Translations under genes and position numbers: made by a program
NCBI RefSeq assembly: GCF_001194135.2
Contig: NC_068986.1
Coordinates: 22,520,562 to 22,584,561, forward strand
Length of the DNA: 64,000 nucleotides
Direction: 5' to 3'
From: Octopus bimaculoides
Taxonomy: Eukaryota
Notes under the pieces: model-generated
The model's database searches: none
Seen by the model: the letters and a program-made list of their open reading frames with translations, nothing else
Told to the model about the DNA's origin: nothing
Part shown: piece by piece, positions 1-15,200 of the stretch
Numbering within the stretch: position 1 is the stretch's first letter
Layout of the letters: every line of letters begins with the position of its first letter

Positions 1-289
1 GTTGGTGTGCAAACTGTAGATAAATATGTAGGTGACATGGAGAGAAGTCATATCAGCCCTCAGTTTGTTGGGTATTGTGGACGAGATGATAAAGCATTGA
101 AATATATAGTGCAACAGATCCACAATTGCATGGGAAAATGATGAATATGTGTGTTTGTGTGTGTTGTGTTGTGTTGTGAGTGAGAGGGTTGTGTGAGTCT
201 GACTGACAAGTTGCACTCCTACAATTGAGTGATGAGACATTTATCTGTTGGAAAATGGATGTGAAATAACAGGGTTACACACTCACATA

Positions 290-321
<32 letters not shown>

Positions 322-1087
322 ATAGACACCTCTCTCATATATAACAGGGTGTGGCAACCCCCCCCTCCAATTCAGTGCACATTGTGCACTAGTTCAAACT
401 ATGTCGGTAACTGGTGGGGGTGGGGGTGAGAGACAAAAGATGGTAACACATTAACTATTCGAAGGCACCATCACCTCCTGCCTAACTTGACTAGTCCCAC
501 ATCAAAGGCTATGTAAAATACGAGTGGTTTTTCTGCTGCATGTCATCTTAACTGCCTGGCAGTTTCATGAAGCCAATAAAAGTGACACGAGTGAACGTGC
601 CCACAGATTTTCAGGAGTAATCTAACCACAGAACAACTAGTAAAAGTAGTACTTTCAGAAACTTGACATTTGATGTTGCTGAAGATTGATTATGTTTATG
701 ATGAATTATTTAGTTCTGTGCATTTGTCATCAAAAATAGTTAGGTGGAACATCTACTATCTGTTTACAAATATAATAGGGTCGCTGATGAAAATTTACAC
801 CTACACTGATGATATCATTCCACTTGCTTTGAAAGCACTGAACAATCCTCACCACAACCACCCCTCACAAAGTGGGTAGTTGCTAAAAACAACCACTTAT
901 TTTATAATCTGCAGTCAATAGTCATTTTTTTTTTTTCTTACCTGTTTACTATGGAGGTATAATAGTAATCACTTCNNNNNNNNNNAGAGAGAGAGAGAGA
1001 GAGTTCATATGCCACAATAAACTGTCTGACCTATACAAGTATGTAAAAGTGGATGTTAAAACAACAACAATGATGATTTTACATATA

Positions 1088-1238
1088 GGTGTGGCTGTGT
1101 AGTAAGAAGCTTACCTCCTAACCACATAGTTCCAGGTTCAGTCTCACTGCATGGCACTTTGGGCAAGTGTCCTCTACTGTAGCCTCTGGCTGACTAAAGC
1201 CTTGTGAGTGGATTTAGTAGATGGAAACTGAAAGAAGC

Positions 1239-1282
<44 letters not shown>

Positions 1283-1845
1283 NNNNNNNNNNNNNNNNNN
1301 NNNNNNNNNNNNNNNNNNNNNNNNNNNNNNNNNNNNNNNNNNNNNNNNNNNNNNNNNNNNNNNNNNNNNNNNNNNNNNNNNNNNNNNNNNNNNNNNNNNN
1401 NNNNNNNNNNNNNNNNNNNNNNNNNNNNNNNNNNNNNNNNNNNNNNNNNNNNNNNNNNNNNNNNNNNNNNNNNNNNNNNNNNNNNNNNNNNNNNNNNNNN
1501 NNNNNNNNNNNNNNNNNNNNNNNNNNNNNNNNNNNNNNNNNNNNNNNNNNNNNNNNNNNNNNNNNNNNNNNNNNNNNNNNNNNNNNNNNNNNNNNNNNNN
1601 NNNNNNNNNNNNNNNNNNNNNNNNNNNNNNNNATACATATATATATATATATATATATGTGAGTCTGTGTTTGTCCCCCCACCATCGCTTAACAACTGAT
1701 GTTGGTGTGTTTATGTTCTCGTAACTTAGCAGTTCGGCAAAAGCGACTGATAGAATAAGTTCTGGAGTCAATTTGTTCAACTAAAGGCGGTGCTCCAGCA
1801 TGGCTGCAGTCAAATGACTGAAACAATTAAAAGAATGAAAGAATA
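1088..1845 (+). mobile_element. tRNA-derived SINE with internal (TA)n microsatellite, interrupted by an N gap
   Basis: head GGTGTGGCTGTGTAGTAAGAAGC...GGTTCAGTC (A/B-box-like); same family recurs at about 8170-8550, 10025-10250, 21480-21710(-), 41030-41200(-), 44560-44760(-), 57480-57650(-), 59740-60130(-); borders approximate. Confidence 0.75.
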
Positions 1846-1851
1846 TATATG

Positions 1852-1897
<46 letters not shown>

Positions 1898-2295
1898 TAC
1901 AGGTGAAGGCTTGTTTGCATTATCAAGAAGTTCATTTTGCAATCAAATAGTATTTAAGTTCAGTTCCACTGCACAAAAAGTTTCTTTTATCCTAAGTTGA
2001 CCAAACCCTTGTGAGTGAATTTGTGGTAGTCAGAAACTGAAAGAATTCTGTGTGTGTTTGTATGTTTGTGTCTATCTCCATGTCTTGATATTGTATGCTA
2101 ATTGTAAACAAATGTTACCATTTTATACAAGAATTATCATTTGTTTGCAATATTCTGTGGAAAAATGCCTGCTAATGTACTGTTCATGTTCAAAGGGCTT
2201 GGGAAAAATCTTACCTCGCATGGAAACAGTTGAACATTAGTGACAGGAAGAGCATCCAGTTGTATAAAACCTCCCTCAGTAACTTTCCTCAAAAC

Positions 2296-2539
2296 CAGTG
2301 GTTCCCAAACCTTTTCAGGCTGCTGTCCCCTTGGCACCCAGGCCACATTCCTAGCGTCCCCCACCACTCCCCACCACCACAAACATAGACCTCTTTCTGC
2401 AGTAAATTCAAATCACATTCAATTCACAAATAAAACTTAATCAAATTAGCCCGTAATTTTGTTGTTTTTGCATCCATTGTTCACCTGGATCTTTCCACTG
2501 CCCCCAAGGCGGCAGTACCGCCCACTTTGGGAACCACTG
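2296..2539. mobile_element. hAT (Charlie-like) MITE nested in an older RTE-tail repeat
   Basis: 14-bp perfect TIRs CAGTGGTTCCCAAA/TTTGGGAACCACTG; flanks CTCAAAAC/ATCTAAAC (6/8, decayed TSD); the host repeat continues on both sides (about 2230-2590). Confidence 0.8.
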
Positions 2540-2705
2540 ATCTAAACCATGCCACCATGGAAAAGGGGAATATTAAAGTTACAATGGTGGTGACAGCAGT
2601 GTAAATAAAACAGGAATTAGAAAATTTATTCAAAATAATCTGGACAAATATTTAAAAAAAAAAATTTTTTTTCGTTAATGTTTAATATGATGTATCTGTT
2701 TACAG

Positions 2706-2777
2706 GTGTCTTGGTCAAATGGTGAAACTACTGAAGTCTATAAAACATTTCAAGAAGTACTTGAATTCTCAAATAAG
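2706..2777 (+). CDS. ZCCHC2: ZCCHC2/14-like exon (PX-like), VSWSNGETTEVYKTFQEVLEFSNK
   Basis: tttacag acceptor, gtttgt donor, 72 nt, phase 0-0. Confidence 0.85.
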
Positions 2778-3212
2778 GTTTGTATACAATCATCTGATAA
2801 TATATTTAACATAATTACATTATTATTTTGTTTTTAATAATTTTATTTTAGAATATATTTGTATGTTTTGAAATATTCTTATGAATTGTATAGTTTGTCC
2901 TAGTAGATTTGTATGAAGTTTTCAATATAAGTAGCTATAACTTCCACCTCATGTTCAAATAGCTGTTGTTAGTTGTAAAGATACTTGTCACTGCAATTTC
3001 AGAACTCTCTCTGAGTGGTTGGCGTTAGGAAGGGCATCCAGCTGTAGAAACTCTGCCAAATTAGACTGGAGCCTGGTGTTGCCATCCGGTTTCACCAGTC
3101 CTCAGTCAAATCGTCCAACCCATGCTAGCATGGAAGGCGGACGTTAAACGATGATGATGATGATGATGATGATGATTTTAGTATTGGAAAATGGACCTAA
3201 ATTACCAAAACC

Positions 3213-3244
<32 letters not shown>

Positions 3245-6200
3245 GTATGTGTTTGTATACACTCTCTCTCTCTCACACATATTTTGTGAGTATGTTTGAA
3301 GAAAGAAAAGAAAGAAAATGACCATCCCAAATATAACAACATATATATATATGTATATATATGTATTCATTTGTCAATAATTTTGCAACAATGAAGCAGA
3401 TATTATTGTTTGGTAACAATAATGTTTTTCAAGCATAAAAAATCCCTAGAGCCCATCCTAGCTTCCATTTGAAGTCTTAAGAATTATAAGATATTTTTAT
3501 GAAATACAGTAATGCCTCAATATATGAGTTAATTTCTTCCCAAAAATTGCTCATAAAGTGAAAACTCGTGAAAGAGAGCAATTATTTCCCATAGTGGCAA
3601 TGTTATAAATCGTAATTTGTTCCCAGAAAGGTATTTTACCTATGAAATATATAATACTCATAAATAAATGGCAATAAAATAGTTGAATGTAAAGAATATT
3701 TTATGTAAAGTAAAAAGAATGTCAAGATCATTTATAATAATGAATATTAATTATTATAATCGTTTTCAGAATCACTTTCACTCGCACTAAACTTGTCCAC
3801 ACCATCACTTGTAGATGCAGTCACTGATTCACAAGCACTTGCAGAGGGACTTGGAGATTTCTTTTTAAAGAACAAGTCTAGAGTTGTCTGCTTAGAAGAA
3901 GCCTTTTTTTTTTCGTTCTCTATAAATTTCTTGATAACATGCAGAAGCATTTGTTATGGAAGTAGAAACTTTTGCACTTCGTTCAAAATTTGGATCTTGT
4001 GCTTGAAAGATAAAACTCATAAACCTGAGGTCTCGTAAAACAATTCCTCATAAAGTGAAGTATTACTGTATGCTGACATTTTTCTTCATTTGGCTGGTAC
4101 AAAGAAAACAGTTGAGTCTTAATAAAATCTGGCCTAGTACATAAATTATTTACTTCACTTACTTTTCATGACCATGATTAGAGTGTTGGACTCCTGATCA
4201 TAAGCTTGTAGTTTTGATTTCTGGACTGGGCATTGTATTGTGTTCTTGAGCAAAACACTTCATTTCACATTGCTCCAGTCCACTCAGCTGGTAAAAATGA
4301 GTAATCATGTGACGGATTGGTGACTGTTCAAGGAACAGGGAATATACATGCCACAGAAACCAACAATAACTGGCCCTATGAATCTTTATGACTTGGGAAG
4401 GATCTCTGTCTTTCATTACTGGCCTATCTTGTGTAAGGGCTTAAGGCTTGTAACAGCTATGATTGTTTGGGATAAGTGCAAAATGTGGCTTGGAAATTTT
4501 TCCTGAACAGATACCAACAAGGAAATTTAGATTAAAAAGCAAATCTGTGCAGGATGTTATATTTGAAAATCATACCGGAGTATTGGTTAAGATGGATGGA
4601 TGGATGGATGTTGTGAACCTTTCAGATTTGTTATAAATGTAAAGGAAAGTAGTTTTAGTGTAAAATTGGGGTTCTTTTCTTTGTAATTAGCTGGGATTAC
4701 TGTTAATGGAAATAGTTTTTGACTTGTCTTAATTGTTTCTGATTTTGACATGAGATCAGCACTTTTGAGGGAGGGGACCCCAGAACTATTGACCTCACAG
4801 GGATTAAAACCACAATTGAACTTGGGGTTTGAACTCAGAATGTAAAGAACTGAAAGAAATACCTCATGTTACTTTTTTTTGCCAGTGATGTAAAGATTCT
4901 TCAAATGGAAAATGTTTAGTTCCTGCTAAAGCATCATATCCTTTAAAAATAGTTAATCCTTAAATTTCTTGGGAAAAGAATTGTTTTTTGTTTCGTTTAT
5001 GCTCTCTCAAAATCACATCTTACCATCCTTAAGAAAGGAAAAACATATTGAACAGTGTAGTCCTAGATACACTATACTTTTATGTGTCCTTCGTTCAGTT
5101 GGGCTCCTTCTTAGGCTGTTAAGTGATAAATTTGAAAGTTTTAAGGAATAATGTTAAAAGAACAATTGCTTGCAATTGAACTTTTAAGTCACTGGTGAGT
5201 TATGCTTAAAAATTAAGTTGCTCTATAAATGGAATAATTGAAATTCAATAGCTTGTTTACTATGCTATTATTTGTCACAAAATGAACTGTTGCTTCTGTT
5301 GCTTAACTTTCATGACAAGTTAATGGAAATTTCAATTTGAAATACTTGAAATATTTTAGTAAGGTGGGTTAAAGAAAAATTTAGTCCATGAGAAATGATA
5401 ATAAATCTCATTGTTGAATCACTGTTAAAAATGTTTAAATTTTAGTGTATTTAACTATCATGTAAATATTTCTTGTGACAGAGAACAGTATATTTGATAA
5501 ATTAAACTAGAATAAGCACAAATTTATGTTTATAAACTGATGTATTACATGTGATATGATCATGTGGTGAGGACAGAAGATTTGAATCTCAGATTAGAAT
5601 TGGTAGTAAAATATCAATTTTCTTTGGCTTTAAACATGAAATAGATTTTGTGTATTTTTATCAGAAAACCTGTTATTCTCATGAAGTAGATAAGGAATGG
5701 TTGAAATAGTGGGCATCTATATACTAAATCTGTATTAATCATGCTTGCACTGCAAATTAGATGTAACACATTAGCCACAGTTAATTTGATAATACATTTT
5801 AAGTTCAACACCAACTTGTCTCACTTTCTTTAATTTCATAAATGCAGCTCATAAATAATTGTCCGGTTTCATGTTGAATCCTTTTCCTTCTTGTCACATG
5901 ATGTGAAATGCTGCATTTCCTTATATTTTAATGCCCTTTTGTTTTATTTACTTCTGTCTAAATCAATATTTGCTTGTATTTAGCACAAGCCTAATTTTGT
6001 TTTGTCAGTCTGTTTTCATTTGATTTAGATTAGAATGGTGTTCATTCTCTCAGTGTCTTTAAAATGAAAATTTGGGTCGTAGACCTGATCCATTGCCTAG
6101 CTTAACAATACCTGTTCCTTGAGTACCTATTTCACAATACACCCTTTTTCTAGTATCTAAGCTAGGTCTTTTGTTGGTGGGTAACTTCACACCTGTCTCT

Positions 6201-9200
6201 GAGACACTGAGAGAAGTCATAGGTGCTACCTTATAATCTAAAATTATTGTATAATCTTAGTAGACTATTTTCCCCAGCTTGTTAATTAGGATTCTACAAA
6301 ATTCCATTTGTTCTTACATTTGTTATATTAATTGGGTCTTGAAACCAAAGACCATTCTTATATAGTAGAATTGTTTAGTTTGGAAATGAATTTTTAATTT
6401 ATTCTAATTTTCTTTGTATATCATTTTTGTTAAAAGAAAAGCATCATTTTATCTTTATAATGCAAGTTATATTACATTGATAAGGTTTCTTTTTATGTTT
6501 CAGTTTTCACGAATAATTGATGATGTTAATGTGTACAAACAAGATCGAAGGATTCCTTTTCTTCAAAGTAAGCATTCTTTTCTATTTCTTCCCTCATTAG
6601 AGAATTAATTGTGCTTAATGATATGAGTATATCAAGCTACTAACTCCATTAGATATTTCAAAAATAATCTGCATGCTATTTCCAGTTTTAAAACTTTATA
6701 CTTCATATCAGTTGAATGTAAAGATTTTCTTGTTTATAGAAATAAAGGGCTTAAGAATTCAGTCATATCGAAGAAAGTTGGTGGGTTAGAATGTAGTATC
6801 TGACTATAACAAAACACAGTAACGCAGATACTATATTTCTGATGACATGGCTGAAAGAGAAAGATTTGTAACTAAAGTGGTACCTTACATTTATTGATTT
6901 AAGAACTGCTATTGACAGGAGTTCCAAGTACTGTAAGCTGGTGAGCAAAGGAAATTTAGGTGTTGATTAATTCATCATGTGTATGAGATGTAATGCAAGT
7001 TCAGCAAAGAGTTAAAAGTACAAAGTGGGGTACAAAAAGTGGTCCTTTTCATTTTAGTTCTTGAAACCATTGCAAAATCAGTTAATGACCAGATGTTAAC
7101 AGAAGTGTCTACATATAAGTTTTTTGAATTGTATGCATTCTATACAGGTTCTTTGAATGAATTCAGTTGTGAAATAAGTTTTAAGTGTAGACAACAGATG
7201 TATGTAAAACGGAATGAAGATACAATTTACCTGGAGTAAAGTATTAGTAATAAAAGCTTCCATAGCTCAACAGTAATAAAAAAAAAAAAAAAGAATATAG
7301 ACAGATAGATAGTTTGCAAGAAAGGGTAGAGAGAAATTCAGCACTGTAGCTCAGAGATCAACAAAATTTTTAATTGCATTTTCTGCTAATTCCAACAAAG
7401 TCTGTCTGACCCATACAAACATGGAAAAGTGGACATTACAGATTGGATATGCCATTCATCTTGGTTTTTGTCATTTCAACTGTAAGGAAAAGCATCATGA
7501 GATCTAATCTCACCATCTCTCACATTTCCACCTTATTGCATAGTTTAAGAAAGAATAGTCTTTTGTCAGCTTTTCTGGGCTTTTAAGGTGATGCATGGTG
7601 AAAGTGTGATACGGTTGATATTTATTTCTGTATTATGAAATGAGGGTGACACTAAGAGAGTACCATTCTGGCCCAAATGTCGAATGCTTTCAGTTGATTC
7701 ATTGAACTAAGTATGCCATGAATTCTGAGTAACTGAACATAAATGAAATATGTGTCTGATGTAAATGCAGTCAGACCGTGACAGATAGGGATAGTGGTAG
7801 GAATAGAGTGTGACATGTAGGGGAGAAAAAAGGTGCACACTGACCAAAGATATGAGGCAAAGGTAGGCTCACTGAAGACTGAGAAATGGTGGTAAGATAG
7901 GAACAAAGATGTTCTACATACGAAATTACACTGGGCTGGGACATTTACAAACTTTAAAATATAGAACTGTTTAATCTCTGCCAACGTGGAATAGTTTTTA
8001 AAAACAATGATTTTTACATGCTAATTTTTTTCTTCTCTTTTTAGATTTTTACAAAGAAGAACATGTAGAGGATGTTAATCTACAAAATATATCTCATTAT
8101 GTAGGGTAAGTGTTTGTACAAAATTCAAATATATAATTCTATTCACCTCTTCCCCCCAAAAACATCATAGGTACAAGCATGGCTGTGTGGTTAAGAAGCT
8201 TGCTTTGTAACAATATATGTTCAGGTTCAACTCTACTGCATGGCACCTTGGGCATGTGTCTTCTATTATAGCCCTGAACCGACAATGCCTTGCAAGTGAA
8301 TTTATTAAACAGAAACAGTCTGAAAGTCCATTGTATATATGTATGTACGTGTTTGTGCGTTTTAGTCCCCTATCACTGCTTGGCAGCTAGTGTTGGTTTG
8401 TTTACATCCCCATAACTTAGTGGTTTGACAAAAGAGATAAAATAAGTACCAGACTTAAAAAATAACCACTGGGATAGATTCGTTTGACCAACCCTTTGAG
8501 GCTGTGCCCCACCTTGGCTTTAATTCAAAGAGTGAAACACATAAATGAAGAATTATCTATCCATTAGCTTAAAGCTAACTTGCAAAAAGTCCCAAATGTC
8601 ACTGTGCAGGTTTTTCTATTAGAAAGTTGTGTTGTGGGAAAGCTGTCCAAAAGTTCTAACTCATGCCAACATAAAACTGTTATGGGAGTAATTTTCAATC
8701 AATATATTCATGTAACAGGAACTGAAATTGTTTGTACAGTGTGTGTCAAGTGGAGCCGTATTTGCCATTGTGTATTATAAGGCAAAGCAGAAACATTAAC
8801 ATCACTTGACATCATTTGCTCATACACTTTATCTGGCTGACCTGAAATATCATGTTTTATTTTTGCCACCCATTTTTATCCTTTTCAAACTTGACCCCAT
8901 ATATAAAGGGTCAAGTCTTTATTGTTGTGCTACACAGGTTATGTAGTCAAGTGGTCACAATAGTTTTATATCTCTAATGTGATTGTTTCAGAAATTGGGT
9001 TAAGAGAGAAATAGTCTGCTATCTGGATAAAGTTGGTAGGGTGTGGTTTGAGGGAGCTTTGGCTGGTATTTCTTGTGTGTCAAGTGACTACGTAAAAGTA
9101 TATTCATTGGCTCAAATGGCATTCGTTTTTACTAATGTTTAGATACTAAGCATCATGGCCTAGTACTTAGGGTGTTGCACTCATGATCCTGAGAATGTGG

Positions 9201-12200
9201 TTTTGATTCCTGGATCAGGCAATGTGTTGTGTTCTTAAGCAAAATACTTCATTTTACATTGCTCCAATCCACTCATCTGTAATGAATAACTCTGTAGCAC
9301 ATTGGCGCCCCATTCAGAGGGGACTGTTGTGATCTCAGTCACTAATATGCTGTGGAAACCAGGTAACTGGCCCTATCAGTTCTAGAACTCAAGACAGGAA
9401 TGTCCCAGGTGTTGTTGTTGTTGTTGATGATGATGATTAAATACTAAATGGGTTTCAATATTTCTTGCCCTCTAAAATGATTGCACTGCTGATAAATTTG
9501 CTGTCCATGTTGCTATGATTTCATAGAACATTCTGGGGTAGTGTTTTATGGATGAATGTCCTTTCTGACACCATGCTTTTTAGTCCCCGCATTCAATATG
9601 CAGAGATATGTATCTATTTAAAGCCTGAGACACATGCGATTAAAAGAAATATGTGGAGACAAGCATGATTAAATTTTGAAGCAAGCATTGAAATCTGCTT
9701 GTACAATATCTCTATATCTGCATGAACCAGATTGATTAAATCTAGTTATTTTATATTTGTCATGTGTAGTATATCTTATTTAAGATAGCATTCCTGGTTC
9801 ATTGTTAATTGGTGGTTTGGGAAGTATATACAACTTCAAAACACTTGCTCCATCAATTTTTTCTTTTTGTTTTTTTTTGTGAACTGGAAAAATTGTACCT
9901 ATTTTTATATTGTGCACAGATGACAAGTGTAGTCAACTAACATGTTTTGTTAACTTATTCTCGAAATAGTATGATGTTTTCATCAATACATCATGTCTTC
10001 GATGTCCTTCAATTTTTTTCAACTGTGGCTATGTGGTTAAGAAGTTTGCTTCTCAACTACATGGTTTTGGGTTCAGTCCCACTCTATGGCAGATTGAGCA
10101 AATGTTTTTTATTATAGCCAAAAGCCAACCAAAGCATTGGTTGATGGAAACTGAAAGAAGCCCACCATATTTATGAGTGTGTGTGTGAGAAAGAGAAAGA
10201 GAGAATGTGTATATCTGTCGCCTTTGTCTAAACATCAAATGATTGTTGTTAATGAATATCGTCCATTTCCAATATTCTGTGAAAACTTATCTGGCAAATA
10301 TTACCTTGCTTCAAACCAAAAGAGCTGATGTCCAGAAAGGTATTTGGCTGTATAACATCTGACTCAGTAAACTTCATCAGGCCCATTCCAGCATGGAAAA
10401 GTGGATGTTAAAATGATGATGATAAGAAAGCATGTAGAAAGAATAACAGAAAAGAATGTGAAAATATTTTGTTAGGAGATATTGGGTTATAAACAAAGAC
10501 TTTTATTTTCATTATTCATGTTAAAGACAAGTTACCTAGATATCTATCTCTTACTGCACTATTGACAACAGTATAAGCAGTTAGTTATGTGAAAATGGCT
10601 CACCTAGAGACTGTTCCATCAAGAATTACCAGCTTGTTATAGTATTTAACCCTGTAGCATTTAAATCAGCCATATCTGGCTCAAATATTCAACCTGTTTT
10701 ATGTTCAAGTCAGCCAGATCCAGCCTCTCACACCTACCCTATAATGTCATTCTAAAAGTAAAACATTGCATTATCAAAATCTCAGAGCTACGAGCCTATG
10801 CATTATTCAAAACAATCTGAATAAATAAGCATTACATTTGACAGAGTCATCAGAATGCTAAAGAATTAAACATAGATAATACAAAAATCTTGACTGTAAA
10901 GCTGTTGATACCATTTGTTTTTCATATTGGGCTCAATTCTATAGTGTAAATCTTCTGACATAGTGTTAGGACAGCCTGAGATTTGTGAGTGAAATTAGGT
11001 AGATGGAAACTGTAACAACCTATAGATTGAACTGTACTTGTTGGCTGGTAGACATAATCTGTTATGAAGTTTAGCAACACTATCTGGTTCTTGATCACTT
11101 TTATGATTACTTTGTTGCAAGTATTTGTACCAAGTCTCATGGCATCTGGGAGAACCCATGAATTGTGGTTTTTTCCCACCTTTTCTCCATTTATCACAGA
11201 AACCTTGAGAAATGTCATCAAGACTGTCTTAACTAAGACCATTAAAAGAAAAAGAACCAAAACAAAAACTAAAACGTTCCTGTCTTTCAAGCTTTGTATT
11301 TTATCAGCTAATGATTGGATATCCTTTCTAATGTCAGCTATTTAATTGTATAGTGAGTGCTAACCTACATTTTTTTTTACTCTACTCAATAGATTGTTAT
11401 TGTTTAGAGTGAAGACAAGCCTGCTGGGTCATAGCAATGATCTAAGGTATTCAAGGCATAACCATCCTACCTTATAATGACTACATTATCATATATGTCC
11501 TTTTTGTTAAAGATAGTAGGATGAGATTTAAAGATGCTTTGGCTGGTATTTCTAACAAACTGAGTAACTATGTAGAGACTTTCTCCTTGGTTTGAGTAAG
11601 TTAACTGAAATATATTACATGACTTGCTCAAGGTTACAATGTTTTGGCTGTAATATGTTTTTCTTCAATTCCATATCTTAATATTTAAACCCTGGTGTAA
11701 AATTTCAAAAGGCTACTTCTATAATACAGACTTTCTTTTTTTCATATGCTGGCACAAGTTCAATTGTTGTTAAATAAGGATTATATATAAAGACTGGCCC
11801 CCGTGCCAGTGGCACGTAAAAAGCACTATCTGAATGTGATCAATACCAGGTCCACCTGACTGGCCTTCGTGCTGGTGGCACGTAAAAAGCACCCACTACA
11901 CTCTCGGAGTGGTTGGCATCAGGAAGGACATCCAGCTGTAGAAACATTGCCAGACCAGATTGGAGCCTGGTGCAGCCACTGGCTCTCCAGACCTCAGTCA
12001 AACCGTCCAACCCATACCAGCATGGAAAACAGAGTTAAATGATGATGATGATGTTTCTTAATAAGTGTAATTATGAACTTCTATCATACTTTTTATTTTG
12101 TATACTAATCTTGTTGTAATTTTTTTTTAACAGACAATTGGAAAAACTCCCCTCAAAGTTTTTAGAATGTGATCATCTAGTCAAATTTTTTGCTCCATCA

Positions 12201-15200
12201 GATTCAAATGGATCCTCTACTTTCCGGTCAACTGATTTTCATTCAGGTTTGTCAACATAATGTCTTTTTAAGTAATCCCTTTGCATGAAATTTTGAAACA
12301 TATTTCCTTAAAACAAAACTTTTTGAAAGCTGTACAATCTGATACCTCTTTCAGGTATCCGAATAATAATCCTTTTTACTTATAAGCACATGGCTGAAAA
12401 TTTTGGGGGAGGGGGCCCAGTTGATTACATTGATCCCTGTGTTCAACTGTTACTTAATTTATTAACCCTGAAAGGATGAAAGACAAGGTTGACTTTGGCA
12501 GATTTTGAACTCAGAACATAAAGATGGACAAAGTGCTGCTAAGCATTTTGCCTGGCATACTAATGATTCTGCCAGCTTGCTGCCTTAGGTATCCAAATAA
12601 TAATAAAAATAATATTGTGAGGAAATACTTGAATATTACTAAAGACCTCTGCAATGAAGGCACTCATATAAAGGCACTCCTTCACTTACCATTTCCTCAA
12701 AGAAGAAACCATCTCTCACAACTTCTACATCATTACTCTCACAATCCAAGTCAGTTGTTATTTGAAGTTACTGCCCTCTTGGACATGTCAAGAAGTGTGT
12801 TTCTATTTTGGCAGGTTTTTATAGTTGGATGCCCTTCATAATGCCAAACACTCAAGAGTGTACTGAGTACACTTCATTGTGGTACTAAGCATTGGAGAGG
12901 TTACCTTGCCTCCACAAGAATTCTGAATACCTTCCGTGTCCCTTCATCCAAGGCAGACTTATCAAGAGAATGACAGGGGGAAGAGTAAGAGGAGAGAAGT
13001 AAAATGTTGCATAAAAGAAGAAAGCACAATATCTCATCCGAAAGGAATATTTAAAAAAACCAAAACATATCAACCAGATTATGGCTAGGAGAAAGCAGTT
13101 TACCCAAAGTGGCCACCTTCAGCTTCCACTATGGCCTCAAGGCAGCTCCAGAACCTGGTGTATGCATTCCTCACTGTGTTTATGGGAAAATCTTCAAACA
13201 CATCCTTGGTCTTAGCATTGTAGGAAAAGTGCTTGGTGTCTTTCTCAACTTCACCTCACACATAGTAATCTATGGGATTACAACAGGGGGAATTAGGAGG
13301 CTAGAAACTAGGGTGGATGAAGTTGTAAAAATCCTCTGACAACCACTTATGATTCCTTCCAGAGGTGTGGTAAGCATCTGAATCGTGTTATCAGACACAT
13401 GGCTTTCCAGGAGCAGCCCTCTCCAGCCAGAGTTTGACCACAACCTCCAGTAGCTTCACATAGCTGTCTGAGAATGGGCTTTGTTAAAAAATGTGGGGAT
13501 GAATTCTGGCATGCGGATGCTATCAAAATGCTTGCCGTATTCCTTCTTGCTGGCCATGGCTTTATAATATGTTTTAGCTGTCCATATCACATCTTACAGC
13601 ATTTACAGTGTTCATAGAGCATTTAACAGCAGTCATGATGTCAGTATTTTGATACCTGGTGTGAATCATTATGATACAGTTAACTCTTTTACTCTTTTCC
13701 AATATTCAGATGGCTTCCGGTACTTTATGTCAGCTTTTTTTCAACTGTAACTTTAATCTTTATCCTCCATAATGCCATTGACTGTTCACCAATACATCAA
13801 ACTGTTCCTGCAAAAAGGAGACAAAAAGTCATCAAATTTAGCCCTGTATATCTTAATTGCTCTTCTAGATGGATTGCTTATGTTGTGGCTTGAGGAGTTT
13901 AATGTCACTTCTGTATATTGTTTCTTTTTTTGATATGGTTTTAGCCCATGGACTTTAACCATGTCACCTGTTAAAAAGTGTTAAGAATGTTCAGTTATAA
14001 AAATGCTTATCCAATAAATATTTTTTTAATTGAGATTTTATTTTTAATTCCAGCTAATGAACAACCTGTGATATCTCCATACAATCAGAAGTCTTTCAAC
14101 ACCGTATCTCCCTCAGGTAAGAAATATCTTTTATGTTTTGAATCTTGGGTATTTTCAATACTTTTTTCTCTTCATTAGTTTAAACAGCTGATTTTTTTTG
14201 TCTCTGTGCATTATATATTTTGAATACATTTTAAATTTACTGTAATTATGGAATACTTCTATTTGCTTTTCACTCTTTCTTCCCAACAAACATTTGTAAT
14301 TAATTTTAATTAAAGTAATTTCTGGTAGCTCATTTGTTGTACTTATTAAAAAAAACATAATTTTGTAATCATTAATGATTTATTGACTAGTAGATCTAGT
14401 ATTGTTTTCTGTTTCTGAAAAAAGAAAAGAGTGAAAAAAAAATCCCTTTCTTTAATTTATCACCTAAATTAATATCAAAATGAATTGAGGGAGGTAAAAT
14501 TAAAAGCTTGTTCATGACTAGAATGGTATGATTGAGCTCAGCTGTTTTGGTGTTAGAAAATAATTTATTAATTTGTCATTTTTCTAAGTTAAGACTGTAA
14601 AGGAACACATGTAAGTGTTCTGTGCCTGTGCAAGTCATCATCATCATCATCAATATTTAATGTCTGTTGTCCATGTTGGCATGGGTTGGACAGTTTGACC
14701 AGGGTTGGCAAGCTGAGGGGCTGCTCCAGACACCAGTCTGATTTGACATGGTTTCTATGGCTGGATGCCCTTCTTAATGCCAGTGCATATATACATATAT
14801 AGTTTTACTTCTTCATATGAGTTAGACTCCTTAGGTGTTCAACAGCAATCATGTTTTCACAACTAAGATCAGCTCTTTATGTTACTCTATACTTTTTCAG
14901 TTTCTCCACTGGTTCATGCCTAATAAATATTCATAATAGGCATTTTATGAAGAACATCTATTAATTTCCATTTGGTGGAACATTTCATATTAAGTTCACA
15001 TTGTAATTAGTGGTAGGGTACCTGTGAATGGTTATTTGTGCAGTTTTCTCCATTTTAAGTTCTCTGATAAGGAGGGATATTAATTTTGAGGAGCTCATCT
15101 GTCGTTTCCTTCTGTACCTTGACAACCAGCATATGCATCTTCAGACCAGTTGATTTCTTGTGGTAACTTTGTTACTAGAACAGTCAGTCATTAACCAGTC

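Noticed and set aside
349-604. Solo LTR (TGTGGCAAC...AATAAA...GTGCCCACA)
   Set aside because: The terminal repeats are imperfect and there is no target-site duplication; not supportable.
1088-1170. tRNA gene from A/B-box-like sequence (and similar heads elsewhere)
   Set aside because: There is no complete cloverleaf, and each head continues into a shared SINE body.
1174-1780. Long ORFs in the track (also 31673-32115 and 62283-63174)
   Set aside because: They are artefacts of N gaps and (TA)n/(CA)n microsatellites translated as X and YIYI runs.
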